A DNA stretch of 64,000 nucleotides, taken from positions 32,001-96,000 of the forward strand of contig BTWA01000014.1 of assembly GCA_045863295.1 (NCBI GenBank), written 5' to 3'. The position numbers were made by a program, and so were the translations under genes. This document shows, piece after piece, positions 37,275 to 46,188 of this stretch. A model generated the notes under the pieces. It searched no databases and was not told the DNA's origin. It saw only the letters and a list, made by a program, of their open reading frames with translations. Source of the stretch: Candidatus Hydrogenedentota bacterium (GTDB lineage: Bacteria; Hydrogenedentota; Hydrogenedentia; Hydrogenedentales; SLHB01). Positions within the stretch are counted from its first letter, which is position 1. Each line of letters opens with the position of its first letter.

Positions 37275-40200
37275 ATGCACATCCGACTCCCTATCCTTGT
37301 CATTGTCGCCAGTTCAGTGGCCGGAACTGCGTTCGGCTTTCCGCCGCCGGATAATGACAACGTGTTCGCCCGATCAAATTTCAGCGGGGTACAAATTGCG
37401 GGATCGAATGTCGACGCTACTTCCGAAACGAATGAACCCAACCACGCGGGCGCTTCGGCTGGCAAGTCGGTCTGGTTCATGTGGACGTCACCCAATCATC
37501 CAGGCACGATGGAACTCAGCACGGCAGGAAGTTCATTTGATACCGTCTTGGCCGTATATACCGACCCTGGATACACTACGATGCCCGCCGCCGCCAGTCT
37601 GGTCGTGTCCAGCAATGACTATTTCCCCGACGGCACTTCGCGCGTCACCTTTCGCACACCCCTTTTCGGGGCCCAGTACTTGATAGCACTGGACGGGGAC
37701 TTGACAGGTCTGCTCACTGAGGGGGACTTTGTACTCACAGGCCACTTCACCCCCGACCAGGCACCAGGAAATGACAACATCGCCAATGCGCTGTCTGTGA
37801 ATATTGGATCTCTATTGGACTCATTTAATTATGGAGCCACATCCGAACTGAATGAGCCGGACCACGCGAGTTCTTCCGCCGGAAAATCCATCTGGTACAA
37901 ATCATCGTTTATCTATGCGGTGAAGGTCAGTACCGCCGGAAGCGCAATCCCAACGATTTTAGCCGCATATACAGGAACTCCGGGGTCGTTGATGGAACTG
38001 GATTCGGACGTGGATGTGGACGGATCGGGAGCAAGTATCACGATTCAGCCGGGTGGCGCATTCTACATCGCTGTAGACAGCGTGGAAGGATCCGGCCATA
38101 CGGAAGGTCCCATTAAACTCACCATAAGCGAGACGGCCACTATTGACTCAATGTATCCCATAAGTGACACGGATGATGGTGGTGTGAAGGTGACGCTCCT
38201 CGGCCAGTTCTACACGGAAGACGGATGGGACTACTCGGTACGAGTCCTATTTGGAGACGTGCCGAACCCCGCACAGATTCTGAGTTATGGGTCCAGTTTT
38301 ATTGAGTGTCTGGCACCCCAAAAACCATGGCCGTACGACCCGGTTGTAGTCACAGTGGAGGTGACGCGGAAGCATCCCTTCACGAGCGAAGTGCAAGTAT
38401 ACACCGGCGATGCACCAGGACTTTTCACTTACGGCGGTAACTGTGACTTATCACTCAGTCCGCCTGGTCCATCCGCAGGGTCAACTGCGGGTGGTGCCAT
38501 CGTCACCATGCAAGGTCACGGTATTGCGACAAATACAAATGTATGGGTTGAGTTTGGTGGTGTTCCTGCTACCGGCAAATCCATCACAAAAGGATGGGAC
38601 GGGGTTTACTCACTCCGATGCATTGCGCCACCGCATGCACCGGGCACAGTGGACGTGGTCGTCCGAAATGGCTGTAACGTAGTTCAAACCATGCCCGATG
38701 CCTTCACCTACTTTGATCCGCTTCCAGCCATTGAATCCATTGATCCCCTTGCTGGCACTTCGGCTGGTGGTACTGCGATCACGTTGGCAATCGCGAACTG
38801 GACGGAACCCGATCCGCCAACAGTCATGCTCGGCGATGCGGAGGCCACCCAGGTAAGCTTGGAGGCGGGCCAGGACGGGCTTACCCTGGTGCATTGCACC
38901 TCCGGCACTCATCTGCCTGGATGGGTGGATGTGACGGTCCAGGGCACAGCGGAATCGGCGGAACGGATGAACGGCTTCGCTTACATCTCAAGTGGCGCAA
39001 ATACCGTGGGTTTGCCCGACAACTACGAAGTGGACGACGAATACGAAGATCGTACGTCGATTCAGATGTTTGCCAATGAGCATGAAACCCAAGCCCGCTC
39101 CTTTCACAAGCCCGGAGACATTGACTGGATCGCCTTGTATGCACCGGCCAACGTTCAGGGCTTTGAAATAAAGTGCACGTCTCCTAATGCCGACCCTGTC
39201 ATCGAGATATTTGACTATAACCTTCAACTCATCGTTCCCGAAACACGCGTTAGCGACGGCGATCCAAATACATCCGATCGGTTTGATTTACCCAGTGGGT
39301 ACGAATTTTTTGTGAGAATCCGAAATGCGAACCCGTCCGGATTTGGCAATTCATATACGTATTCCTTTTCCTGGCGTAGTTTTGACAATGGGCCTACCTT
39401 AACGGGCTATCTCACGGTTTCCGCCGTGGATGCCCTGACAGGCCGTGCATTGCCCAACACAGCAGTAAGCATCTGGCCCATAAGTACACCGGGTATGCGG
39501 GTGGAAGGCACAACAACGTACTCGGGCGTATTGGGACCGATTCCATTTATGCCGGGCACATTCACGGTCCAGCATCCTGGCTCAATCGCATATGGCCTCG
39601 TATCAACGCAGGTCACGCTCGATTCGTCAACATCGCAATCGGTCCAACTATCGCTAATTAGAAATACATCACCGTTTCTGCAGGTCACCTCACCGGCAAA
39701 TGGAGAGAACTTGATTAAAGGCAATCAGCATACCATTCAATGGTCCACAACTGGCCTCGTCGAATCGGTCAATCTGACACTGTTCAAAGGGGCGAATCAG
39801 GTCTCGCAACTAGCGGCAGGCATTGCGAACACGGGCCAATTTCAGTGGAATATTCCGGCAAACCTGTCCAACGGGTCCGACTACCGCATCCGGGTGGAGT
39901 ACGCCCATCACACCGCGACCTTCGATGATTCCGAGCCATTTGTGGTTGGAGATCCTCTCGGCATGTCCGTAACAGGCAATCCAAGTCCTGTTTCACACAG
40001 TCCAGGCCAGTTTGACCTGGATGTGGAACAGACCGGTCTGGGCACTTTGGCTTGGTCCGCCTCGGTACTCCCAGGCGCACCCTGGCTAACCATACAGAGC
40101 GGCGCAAACGGTTCGGGCGACGGCGTCATCACGGTGGAACACGAGTCCAATACAAGCACCTCGCAGCGGCAAGGGACCGTGCGCGTGTCGGCGCCAGGCG

Positions 40201-42002
40201 CCACGCCATCCGCAATCGACATCACAATTACCCAACAAGGTCGCCCTCTTGTCAATACGCTCACAGTGCTTTCGCCCAACGGCGGTGAACAATGGCAACA
40301 GGGCGAGGCCTACGACATTGAGTGGGCTTCTGGCACGGCCAAGAGTATTGCCAACGTGACCATTGAACTCTGGGCTTCGGGTGCCCTGCATACAACGATT
40401 GCGGCTTCTACACCCAATGACGGCCTGTACCACTGGTCTGTTCCCGCAAACCTTCCGCTAGGATCGGCGTACCGGATACGTGTCATAGACACGGCTAACG
40501 GGACCGTGCATGACGCCAGCGACGCCGATTTCTCCGTGATAGCGCCGCCCCTTGTGGACACGCTGTCCGTGACTTCCCCGAACGGGGGAGAGCAATGGAC
40601 GCGCGGGAGCCAATACACCATTCAGTGGACTGCAGGCGTAGCAAAGGCCATTTCGAATGTGAAGCTCGAGTTGTTGTCCAACGGCTCGTTACACACAATG
40701 ATTGCAGCAAGCACTGCGAACGACGGCGCCCACGCATGGACAGTTCCAACGAGTGTGCCGGCCGGTAATGCATACAGTATTCGTGTCAGCGATACTTCAA
40801 ATGCGTCGACTGCGGATACAAGCGACCATGCTTTTACGATCCTCGACCTGCCCCCCGTGGATACCCTGACGGTCACGTCGCCCAATGGAGGCGAAACGTG
40901 GTATCGAGGCAGCGCATACGAGATCGCATGGACCACGTCGTCCTCCAAAGCCGTGTCGTTGGTGAACATAATATTGCTTAAGAATGGTGTACCGTACACC
41001 GGTATCGCGGCCTTTGAATTCAACTCCGGTACGTTCCAATGGTCAGTTCCCGGAAATCTTGAACTGGGCACGGACTACACCATTCGCGTTTCAGATTCAC
41101 TGAATGGAAATATCACCGATGACAGTAATGCGCCGTTGAGCATTGCCGATGCCCCCGCGCCTCCGCCACCGCCTCCGCCAGATCCACCTTTACCGCCCGA
41201 TCGAAAATCGATGATACAAAAAGTCAACGCATCGATTGCCGAGACCGTGCTTCCTCCGTGGAACGGCTCGAATGGTGTAATGGCGGTCGCTGCCGGTCAG
41301 CCCGTGTACGTGCGCCTTTTCGCGTCCGCTCCGATCGTCGCGGAGTCAATCTGGGCCCAATCAGAATCAACGGATTTCACCATCGAGTGGATTCCATCGT
41401 CCAGCGAATCGGACGGTTGGGTCAAGATTGCACCGGATGGCACTTGGCCGCACCGGGAACCAATGCATGTAACGGTTGGCGCAAAAACGCAGTCCGGACT
41501 CGAGATTGAATCGGAAAAGCATGTCATTCAATCCGCATCAATGGAATCGCCCCCAAGCATTCCACTGCCGGACGTCTGGATGGGAGTTCCGGTTTCTGCG
41601 ATGCATCAGATCGATCCGATCGGGGCCTACGCGTCACCCGTGGTTGTTCAGGTGCCCTTGCATCGTACCGTCGATGCCGGTCGCATAGCGATCATGTATT
41701 ACAGTGAGTCGCACGCGCACCAAGGCTGGTATCCGGGTTCGTCAGTGCGGGGTTGGATGGCAGACCCGGCGGTTGCCATTTTGGAATCGCCCGACGGTCT
41801 AGTCGCGGAGTTCGCCGTTATGCATTCCGGCGTGGTCCAGGCCGTGGAAGTTCCCCTGGCCATAGCCTCCGGCGTACCCGGATTTGATGTGCGAATCACT
41901 GGCCCCGTACAAGCCCAGTTCGGACTTGGAATACTTGTATTCCTCGCCATGGCGGGAATCGCGGGACAATGGGTCGCCTATCGGCGCCATACCCAAAACT
42001 GA
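37275..42002 (+). CDS. Large surface protein: 2 PPC-like repeats, 3 IPT/TIG, BACON-like, 4 SPNGGE (Kre9/KNH-like) Ig repeats, poly-Pro linker, shared C-terminal domain, TM anchor
   Basis: Signal peptide, P.NDN...N..ATSE.NEP.HA...GKS.W twice, P..G...GG..VT..G IPT motifs, SPNGGE.W..G..Y.I.W repeats, a Pro run and a C-terminal TM followed by RRH. Confidence 0.85.
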   Translation: MHIRLPILVIVASSVAGTAFGFPPPDNDNVFARSNFSGVQIAGSNVDATSETNEPNHAGASAGKSVWFMWTSPNHPGTMELSTAGSSFDTVLAVYTDPGYTTMPAAASLVVSSNDYFPDGTSRVTFRTPLFGAQYLIALDGDLTGLLTEGDFVLTGHFTPDQAPGNDNIANALSVNIGSLLDSFNYGATSELNEPDHASSSAGKSIWYKSSFIYAVKVSTAGSAIPTILAAYTGTPGSLMELDSDVDVDGSGASITIQPGGAFYIAVDSVEGSGHTEGPIKLTISETATIDSMYPISDTDDGGVKVTLLGQFYTEDGWDYSVRVLFGDVPNPAQILSYGSSFIECLAPQKPWPYDPVVVTVEVTRKHPFTSEVQVYTGDAPGLFTYGGNCDLSLSPPGPSAGSTAGGAIVTMQGHGIATNTNVWVEFGGVPATGKSITKGWDGVYSLRCIAPPHAPGTVDVVVRNGCNVVQTMPDAFTYFDPLPAIESIDPLAGTSAGGTAITLAIANWTEPDPPTVMLGDAEATQVSLEAGQDGLTLVHCTSGTHLPGWVDVTVQGTAESAERMNGFAYISSGANTVGLPDNYEVDDEYEDRTSIQMFANEHETQARSFHKPGDIDWIALYAPANVQGFEIKCTSPNADPVIEIFDYNLQLIVPETRVSDGDPNTSDRFDLPSGYEFFVRIRNANPSGFGNSYTYSFSWRSFDNGPTLTGYLTVSAVDALTGRALPNTAVSIWPISTPGMRVEGTTTYSGVLGPIPFMPGTFTVQHPGSIAYGLVSTQVTLDSSTSQSVQLSLIRNTSPFLQVTSPANGENLIKGNQHTIQWSTTGLVESVNLTLFKGANQVSQLAAGIANTGQFQWNIPANLSNGSDYRIRVEYAHHTATFDDSEPFVVGDPLGMSVTGNPSPVSHSPGQFDLDVEQTGLGTLAWSASVLPGAPWLTIQSGANGSGDGVITVEHESNTSTSQRQGTVRVSAPGATPSAIDITITQQGRPLVNTLTVLSPNGGEQWQQGEAYDIEWASGTAKSIANVTIELWASGALHTTIAASTPNDGLYHWSVPANLPLGSAYRIRVIDTANGTVHDASDADFSVIAPPLVDTLSVTSPNGGEQWTRGSQYTIQWTAGVAKAISNVKLELLSNGSLHTMIAASTANDGAHAWTVPTSVPAGNAYSIRVSDTSNASTADTSDHAFTILDLPPVDTLTVTSPNGGETWYRGSAYEIAWTTSSSKAVSLVNIILLKNGVPYTGIAAFEFNSGTFQWSVPGNLELGTDYTIRVSDSLNGNITDDSNAPLSIADAPAPPPPPPPDPPLPPDRKSMIQKVNASIAETVLPPWNGSNGVMAVAAGQPVYVRLFASAPIVAESIWAQSESTDFTIEWIPSSSESDGWVKIAPDGTWPHREPMHVTVGAKTQSGLEIESEKHVIQSASMESPPSIPLPDVWMGVPVSAMHQIDPIGAYASPVVVQVPLHRTVDAGRIAIMYYSESHAHQGWYPGSSVRGWMADPAVAILESPDGLVAEFAVMHSGVVQAVEVPLAIASGVPGFDVRITGPVQAQFGLGILVFLAMAGIAGQWVAYRRHTQN
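40260..41168 (+). repeat. Three in-frame 303-bp (101-aa) tandem Ig-like repeats
   Basis: L.V.SPNGGE begins at 40260, 40563 and 40866, an exact 303-bp period. A fourth, more diverged copy starts near 39678. Confidence 0.85.
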
Positions 42003-42226
42003 GTCTTCGTCATTTGCGGTAAACGATGCGCAAATATGTGTATTATGTTCAAAACAATTAATTACCCTTGTTTTGTTTTTTTGGATAGCGGACCGTGATC
42101 AAAACCACGGGTAGCTTGTGTGCCCATAGTCTCTATCCCGTATAATTCACTCCCAATGCCCGTATCCCAGCAGGTCCGAAACTGGCAGTAACCCTAACAC
42201 TCCGCATTTCTCAAGAGGTCCCCCGA

Positions 42227-44965
42227 ATGCCCCAACTCGAACTTCTGCGCGAATGGTTTGAGAAAATTGACCAGGACGTGGCTTTCCTCACGGAATGCTT
42301 TGCGGAAGTGCTCACCGAACTGGGGGAAGGGAAACTGGTAGGCTCGCTGCCGTGGCGTACCGCTAACCAACTCCCCAGAAAACCAGGCAAGCGCGAAATT
42401 GACCGCATCAACCGTGAACTCCAGGTCATGTCAATTGCCTATCACCTGCTCAACATCGTCGAGGAAAATGCCGCCGCCCTCGCACGTCGTGAAAGGGAGC
42501 GCCACCTCGGCCTGCTGCACGAACCCGGCCTTTGGGGGCACGGACTCAAGCGTCTTAAAGCCCTTGGACTGTCGCAGTCCGAAATCCTGAAAGCAATGGA
42601 AAGGGCGCAGGTGGAAATCGTGTTGACCGCCCATCCCACCGAAGCCAAACGTCCCGTCGTCTTGCGCCAGCATCGCGCCCTCTTTGACGAATATACCCAA
42701 CTCGAAAGCCCCGCTTGGACCGACTACGAGCGATCCGCAATTCGCGATCGAATCAAGGCTCTGCTCGAATGCCTGTGGCGTACCGGTGAAATGTACCTCG
42801 AGAAGCCCGATGTACTGTCCGAGTTGGAAGACGTGCTCGACTACCTCGGCGTGGTGTTCCCAAAGGCCGTATTGCAAATGCGCCAGCGCCTCAAGGATGC
42901 ATGGTCGGAAGCAGGTTTTGATCCCACCGCAATTGCCGAGGCGTGCAATCGTCCGCGTCTGGTATTTGGCAACTGGGTAGGCGGCGACCGCGACGGCCAT
43001 CCGCTCGTAACCGCCGAGGTAACCCGCCAGACCTTGATTCAGTTGCGGTCCAGCGCGCTTCGACTGATCCGGGAACAGCTCGATTCGCTGTCCGACAGTC
43101 TAACATTATCGGATTTGTTTCAGGCAGCCCCCGCGATGCTCAAAGAGGCACTCGTTCAAAGAAAGAAACTGTTGCCGCCCCACGTCGTGCAAGGCATGGA
43201 TTCGTTTCCTCATGAGCCGTGGCGTGAGTTTGTTCACGTCTTGCGTCTGCTTATAGACGAAGCAGAAGCCCTCGAACATGGACCGTATGCCCAGCCGCAA
43301 ACGCTTCGGGCGGACCTTCATCTGCTGATTCAGTCGCTTGAGGCCGTGGGCGCAGGCCGGCTCGCGGAGGCCGAAGTGAATCCGGTGGTGCTGTTGCTTG
43401 ACACGTTTGGGTTTCACATGGCCGCGCTCGATATCCGGCAGAACAGTGATTTTCACGCGACGGCAATGACTCAGTTGCTGAAGGCAGCCGGGTTCGAAGA
43501 GTGGGATTATCAAGCATGGGACTACGCGAAGCGACGGTCCTTTCTCGATCAAGAATTGAATTCCCTGAGACCCATTGCCCCCAAACGCGGTCCGCTCGGC
43601 CCGCAGGCCAAAGACGTCTTGGACTGCTTTCAGGCAGTCGCGGACTATGTCGAAAAATACGGCAAGGACGGAATCGGCAGCTTCATTGTCAGCATGACCC
43701 GAGATGTGACAGACCTGCTCGTCGTCTACATATTTGCCCGCGAAGCTGGTCTCATGCACGCGGAAAATGGCGGCATCGGCTGCGATATGTCCATTGTCCC
43801 GTTGTTTGAAACTCTCGAAGATTTGGACGGAAGCCCCGCGATCTTGCGCGATTTTCTCGAACATCCCATTACGCGCCGGAACTATGCCCACAACGGCCGG
43901 GCGCAACAAATTATGGTGGGCTACAGCGACAGCAACAAGAGCGGCGGCATGTTTGCCAGCCAATGGGCACTGAACAAAGCCCAGCGGGCATTGACCGATG
44001 TGGCGGAAGAATGCGGATCGCACGTGTATTTCTTTCACGGCCGCGGGGGCACGTTTAGCCGAGGCGCGGGACCCACGCACCGGTTTCTGGAAGCGCTGCC
44101 CGCGGGCTCATTGACCGGCCAAGTGAGGCTTACCGAACAGGGGGAGGTTATCGCTCAAAAATTCGGGAATCTCCCCACCGCCGAATTCAATCTGGAACTG
44201 CTCGCGGCAGGCGTCACCGTGGCTACCGCGGAGCATGGCCTTGCTCACGATGCCGATCCGGAAGTCAGTGCCATCTGTGAACGGCTCAGCCGGTACAGCC
44301 AGGAAGCCTATCGCGATCAACTGGAATCCCGCGGCTTTATCCCGTTCTGGGCCTCGGCCACGCCGATCGACGCACTCGAATGCAGCTTCATCGGATCGCG
44401 GCCCGCGAGGCGCTCCGGCAAGCGAAGCCTCGAAGACCTGCGCGCTATCCCCTGGGTATTTAGTTGGGCCCAGGCCCGCTATTACTTTCCAGGGTGGTTT
44501 GGAGTGGGTTCGGCCCTGGATCGCCTCTTCACCGAAGACAGGACCGCTTTCGAAACCCTGAAGGCAAAAAGCGAACGATGGCCATTCGTACGATACGTGC
44601 TGTACAACGCGGAAAACAGCCTCGCCTCCGCGGATTTGGGAATCATGGAACGATACGCCTCGCTTGTGGACGACGAGGAATTGCGCACGTATCAGTTTGA
44701 CCGTATTGCAACCGAATATAAACGGACCGAAAACATGTTGGAATTGTTCTTTGGGTCCCATCGTGTGGATAGAAGGCCCAGGCTCATTAAGACCTTGGAA
44801 ATGCGTGCCAAGGGGCTCAAACGCCTCCACGAGCGGCAAATCGAATTATTGCGGCAATGGCGCGCGCTGAATGCGGAGAAAAAGACGAAGCAGGCGCAGG
44901 CCATGATGCCCACCCTGCTCCTGTCTGTTAATGCAATTGCCAGCGCCGAAAGAACAACGGGATAG
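42227..44965 (+). CDS. ppc: Phosphoenolpyruvate carboxylase
   Basis: VLTAHPTE, WVGGDRDG, LDIRQNS, VPLFET, QIMVGYSDSNK, FHGRGG, LRAIPWVFSW and C-terminal RTTG. Confidence 0.96.
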   Translation: MPQLELLREWFEKIDQDVAFLTECFAEVLTELGEGKLVGSLPWRTANQLPRKPGKREIDRINRELQVMSIAYHLLNIVEENAAALARRERERHLGLLHEPGLWGHGLKRLKALGLSQSEILKAMERAQVEIVLTAHPTEAKRPVVLRQHRALFDEYTQLESPAWTDYERSAIRDRIKALLECLWRTGEMYLEKPDVLSELEDVLDYLGVVFPKAVLQMRQRLKDAWSEAGFDPTAIAEACNRPRLVFGNWVGGDRDGHPLVTAEVTRQTLIQLRSSALRLIREQLDSLSDSLTLSDLFQAAPAMLKEALVQRKKLLPPHVVQGMDSFPHEPWREFVHVLRLLIDEAEALEHGPYAQPQTLRADLHLLIQSLEAVGAGRLAEAEVNPVVLLLDTFGFHMAALDIRQNSDFHATAMTQLLKAAGFEEWDYQAWDYAKRRSFLDQELNSLRPIAPKRGPLGPQAKDVLDCFQAVADYVEKYGKDGIGSFIVSMTRDVTDLLVVYIFAREAGLMHAENGGIGCDMSIVPLFETLEDLDGSPAILRDFLEHPITRRNYAHNGRAQQIMVGYSDSNKSGGMFASQWALNKAQRALTDVAEECGSHVYFFHGRGGTFSRGAGPTHRFLEALPAGSLTGQVRLTEQGEVIAQKFGNLPTAEFNLELLAAGVTVATAEHGLAHDADPEVSAICERLSRYSQEAYRDQLESRGFIPFWASATPIDALECSFIGSRPARRSGKRSLEDLRAIPWVFSWAQARYYFPGWFGVGSALDRLFTEDRTAFETLKAKSERWPFVRYVLYNAENSLASADLGIMERYASLVDDEELRTYQFDRIATEYKRTENMLELFFGSHRVDRRPRLIKTLEMRAKGLKRLHERQIELLRQWRALNAEKKTKQAQAMMPTLLLSVNAIASAERTTG

Positions 44966-45010
44966 TATTCAGGCCGGCGCCGCGAACCGCCTTTCCCCGG
45001 GCTTGTGCGT

Positions 45011-46099
45011 TCATTCAATCACGCTATTAGGCACCTGCCAACAACGAATGAGTTTCCGCTTCCACGTATACGTGATCGCTATGCCCTTGTCGGTCGTGAT
45101 GATCGCGGGATAAGAATACTCGCCCGGTTCGGTTTCAAGACTGACCAGGTCACTCCATGTCAATCCGTTGTCTTTCGACATCGCCAGATTAATCGGAGTC
45201 CGGCCTTTGCTCACCGGGTTGTACATAAGCAATAGGCGGCCGTCCGCAAGCTTCGCAACATCCACGCCGGCACTCGGGTTGGGCAAAGTCGTCAATGTCA
45301 CCGGGCTCCAGATTATGCCGTTGTCTTCCGAATCCGTTCGGCCGATAAATCCGCCGCGGGTTCTCAAGAGCGCATAAATCTTTCCCGGGGCCGATTCCCA
45401 CAACGTGGGCTGAATCGCGCCGCGGACCGTTTGAGGGTCAGTCAGGAAATCCATACTGCGCGTCCAGTTCACTCCTTTGTCGTAGGACCGATCGGCGAAA
45501 GGCAGCCATTTCACATACTCGCTGGAGGCCCCCGCCAGCCAACTCCCGTCGCTCAGCACAATCGGTTTGCAGCGTACGGGGCCGCGCCCGCCTTTGTCAT
45601 TTCGGACTAGTTCCAAGGGATCGGACCACGTTGCCCCATGGTCGTCCGAATGCATCCAATAGGTCTGCCAAAATGGAATCTCGGGGCCTATCTTGAAGAA
45701 AAGATAAATCCGTTCGGCGTCGGGTTCGCGAAACAACACCGGATTCCAATGGGGGGTCTCGTTCACCTTGGCAACGCGCACGGCATCCGACCACTTCGTT
45801 CCGTCGTATCGCGAGAGCCAGATCCCGACATCATTCTCACCTTCGTCCGTGCCGGCAAAATAGGCAGTCATCAAGGTGCCGTCCGCGGCCTGCAACACTG
45901 TTGATGCATGACACGAAAGGTAAGGAAGCGCTCCCGCCGAATTGCCAGGTACAAAATCGACACGGCCATCGGCCGCTTCTACTTTCGCCTGGAAGTCAGC
46001 CGTAGTCATCTGCGTTGGTGGCAATGGCTGGGGCGCCGGTTGGGCATACGCCGTGGCGAACACACAACTCAGGGCAACAAATCCGCGTGTCATCGACAT
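45011..46099 (-). CDS. Secreted exo-alpha-sialidase-family (BNR/Asp-box) protein
   Basis: Signal peptide, CHASTV, WNPVLF, Asp boxes (SDDHGATW, SYDKGVNW, SEDNGIIW, SKDNGLTW) and EYSYP. Confidence 0.88.
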   Translation of the reverse strand: MSMTRGFVALSCVFATAYAQPAPQPLPPTQMTTADFQAKVEAADGRVDFVPGNSAGALPYLSCHASTVLQAADGTLMTAYFAGTDEGENDVGIWLSRYDGTKWSDAVRVAKVNETPHWNPVLFREPDAERIYLFFKIGPEIPFWQTYWMHSDDHGATWSDPLELVRNDKGGRGPVRCKPIVLSDGSWLAGASSEYVKWLPFADRSYDKGVNWTRSMDFLTDPQTVRGAIQPTLWESAPGKIYALLRTRGGFIGRTDSEDNGIIWSPVTLTTLPNPSAGVDVAKLADGRLLLMYNPVSKGRTPINLAMSKDNGLTWSDLVSLETEPGEYSYPAIITTDKGIAITYTWKRKLIRCWQVPNSVIE

Positions 46100-46188
46100 A
46101 GTACCGGCACCCCTTTCACGTTTCTGTCAGGTTCTCACGCTATGGTACCGGCAAAAAGCCGCTTCGGCAAATTAGCGCTGATGCACCG

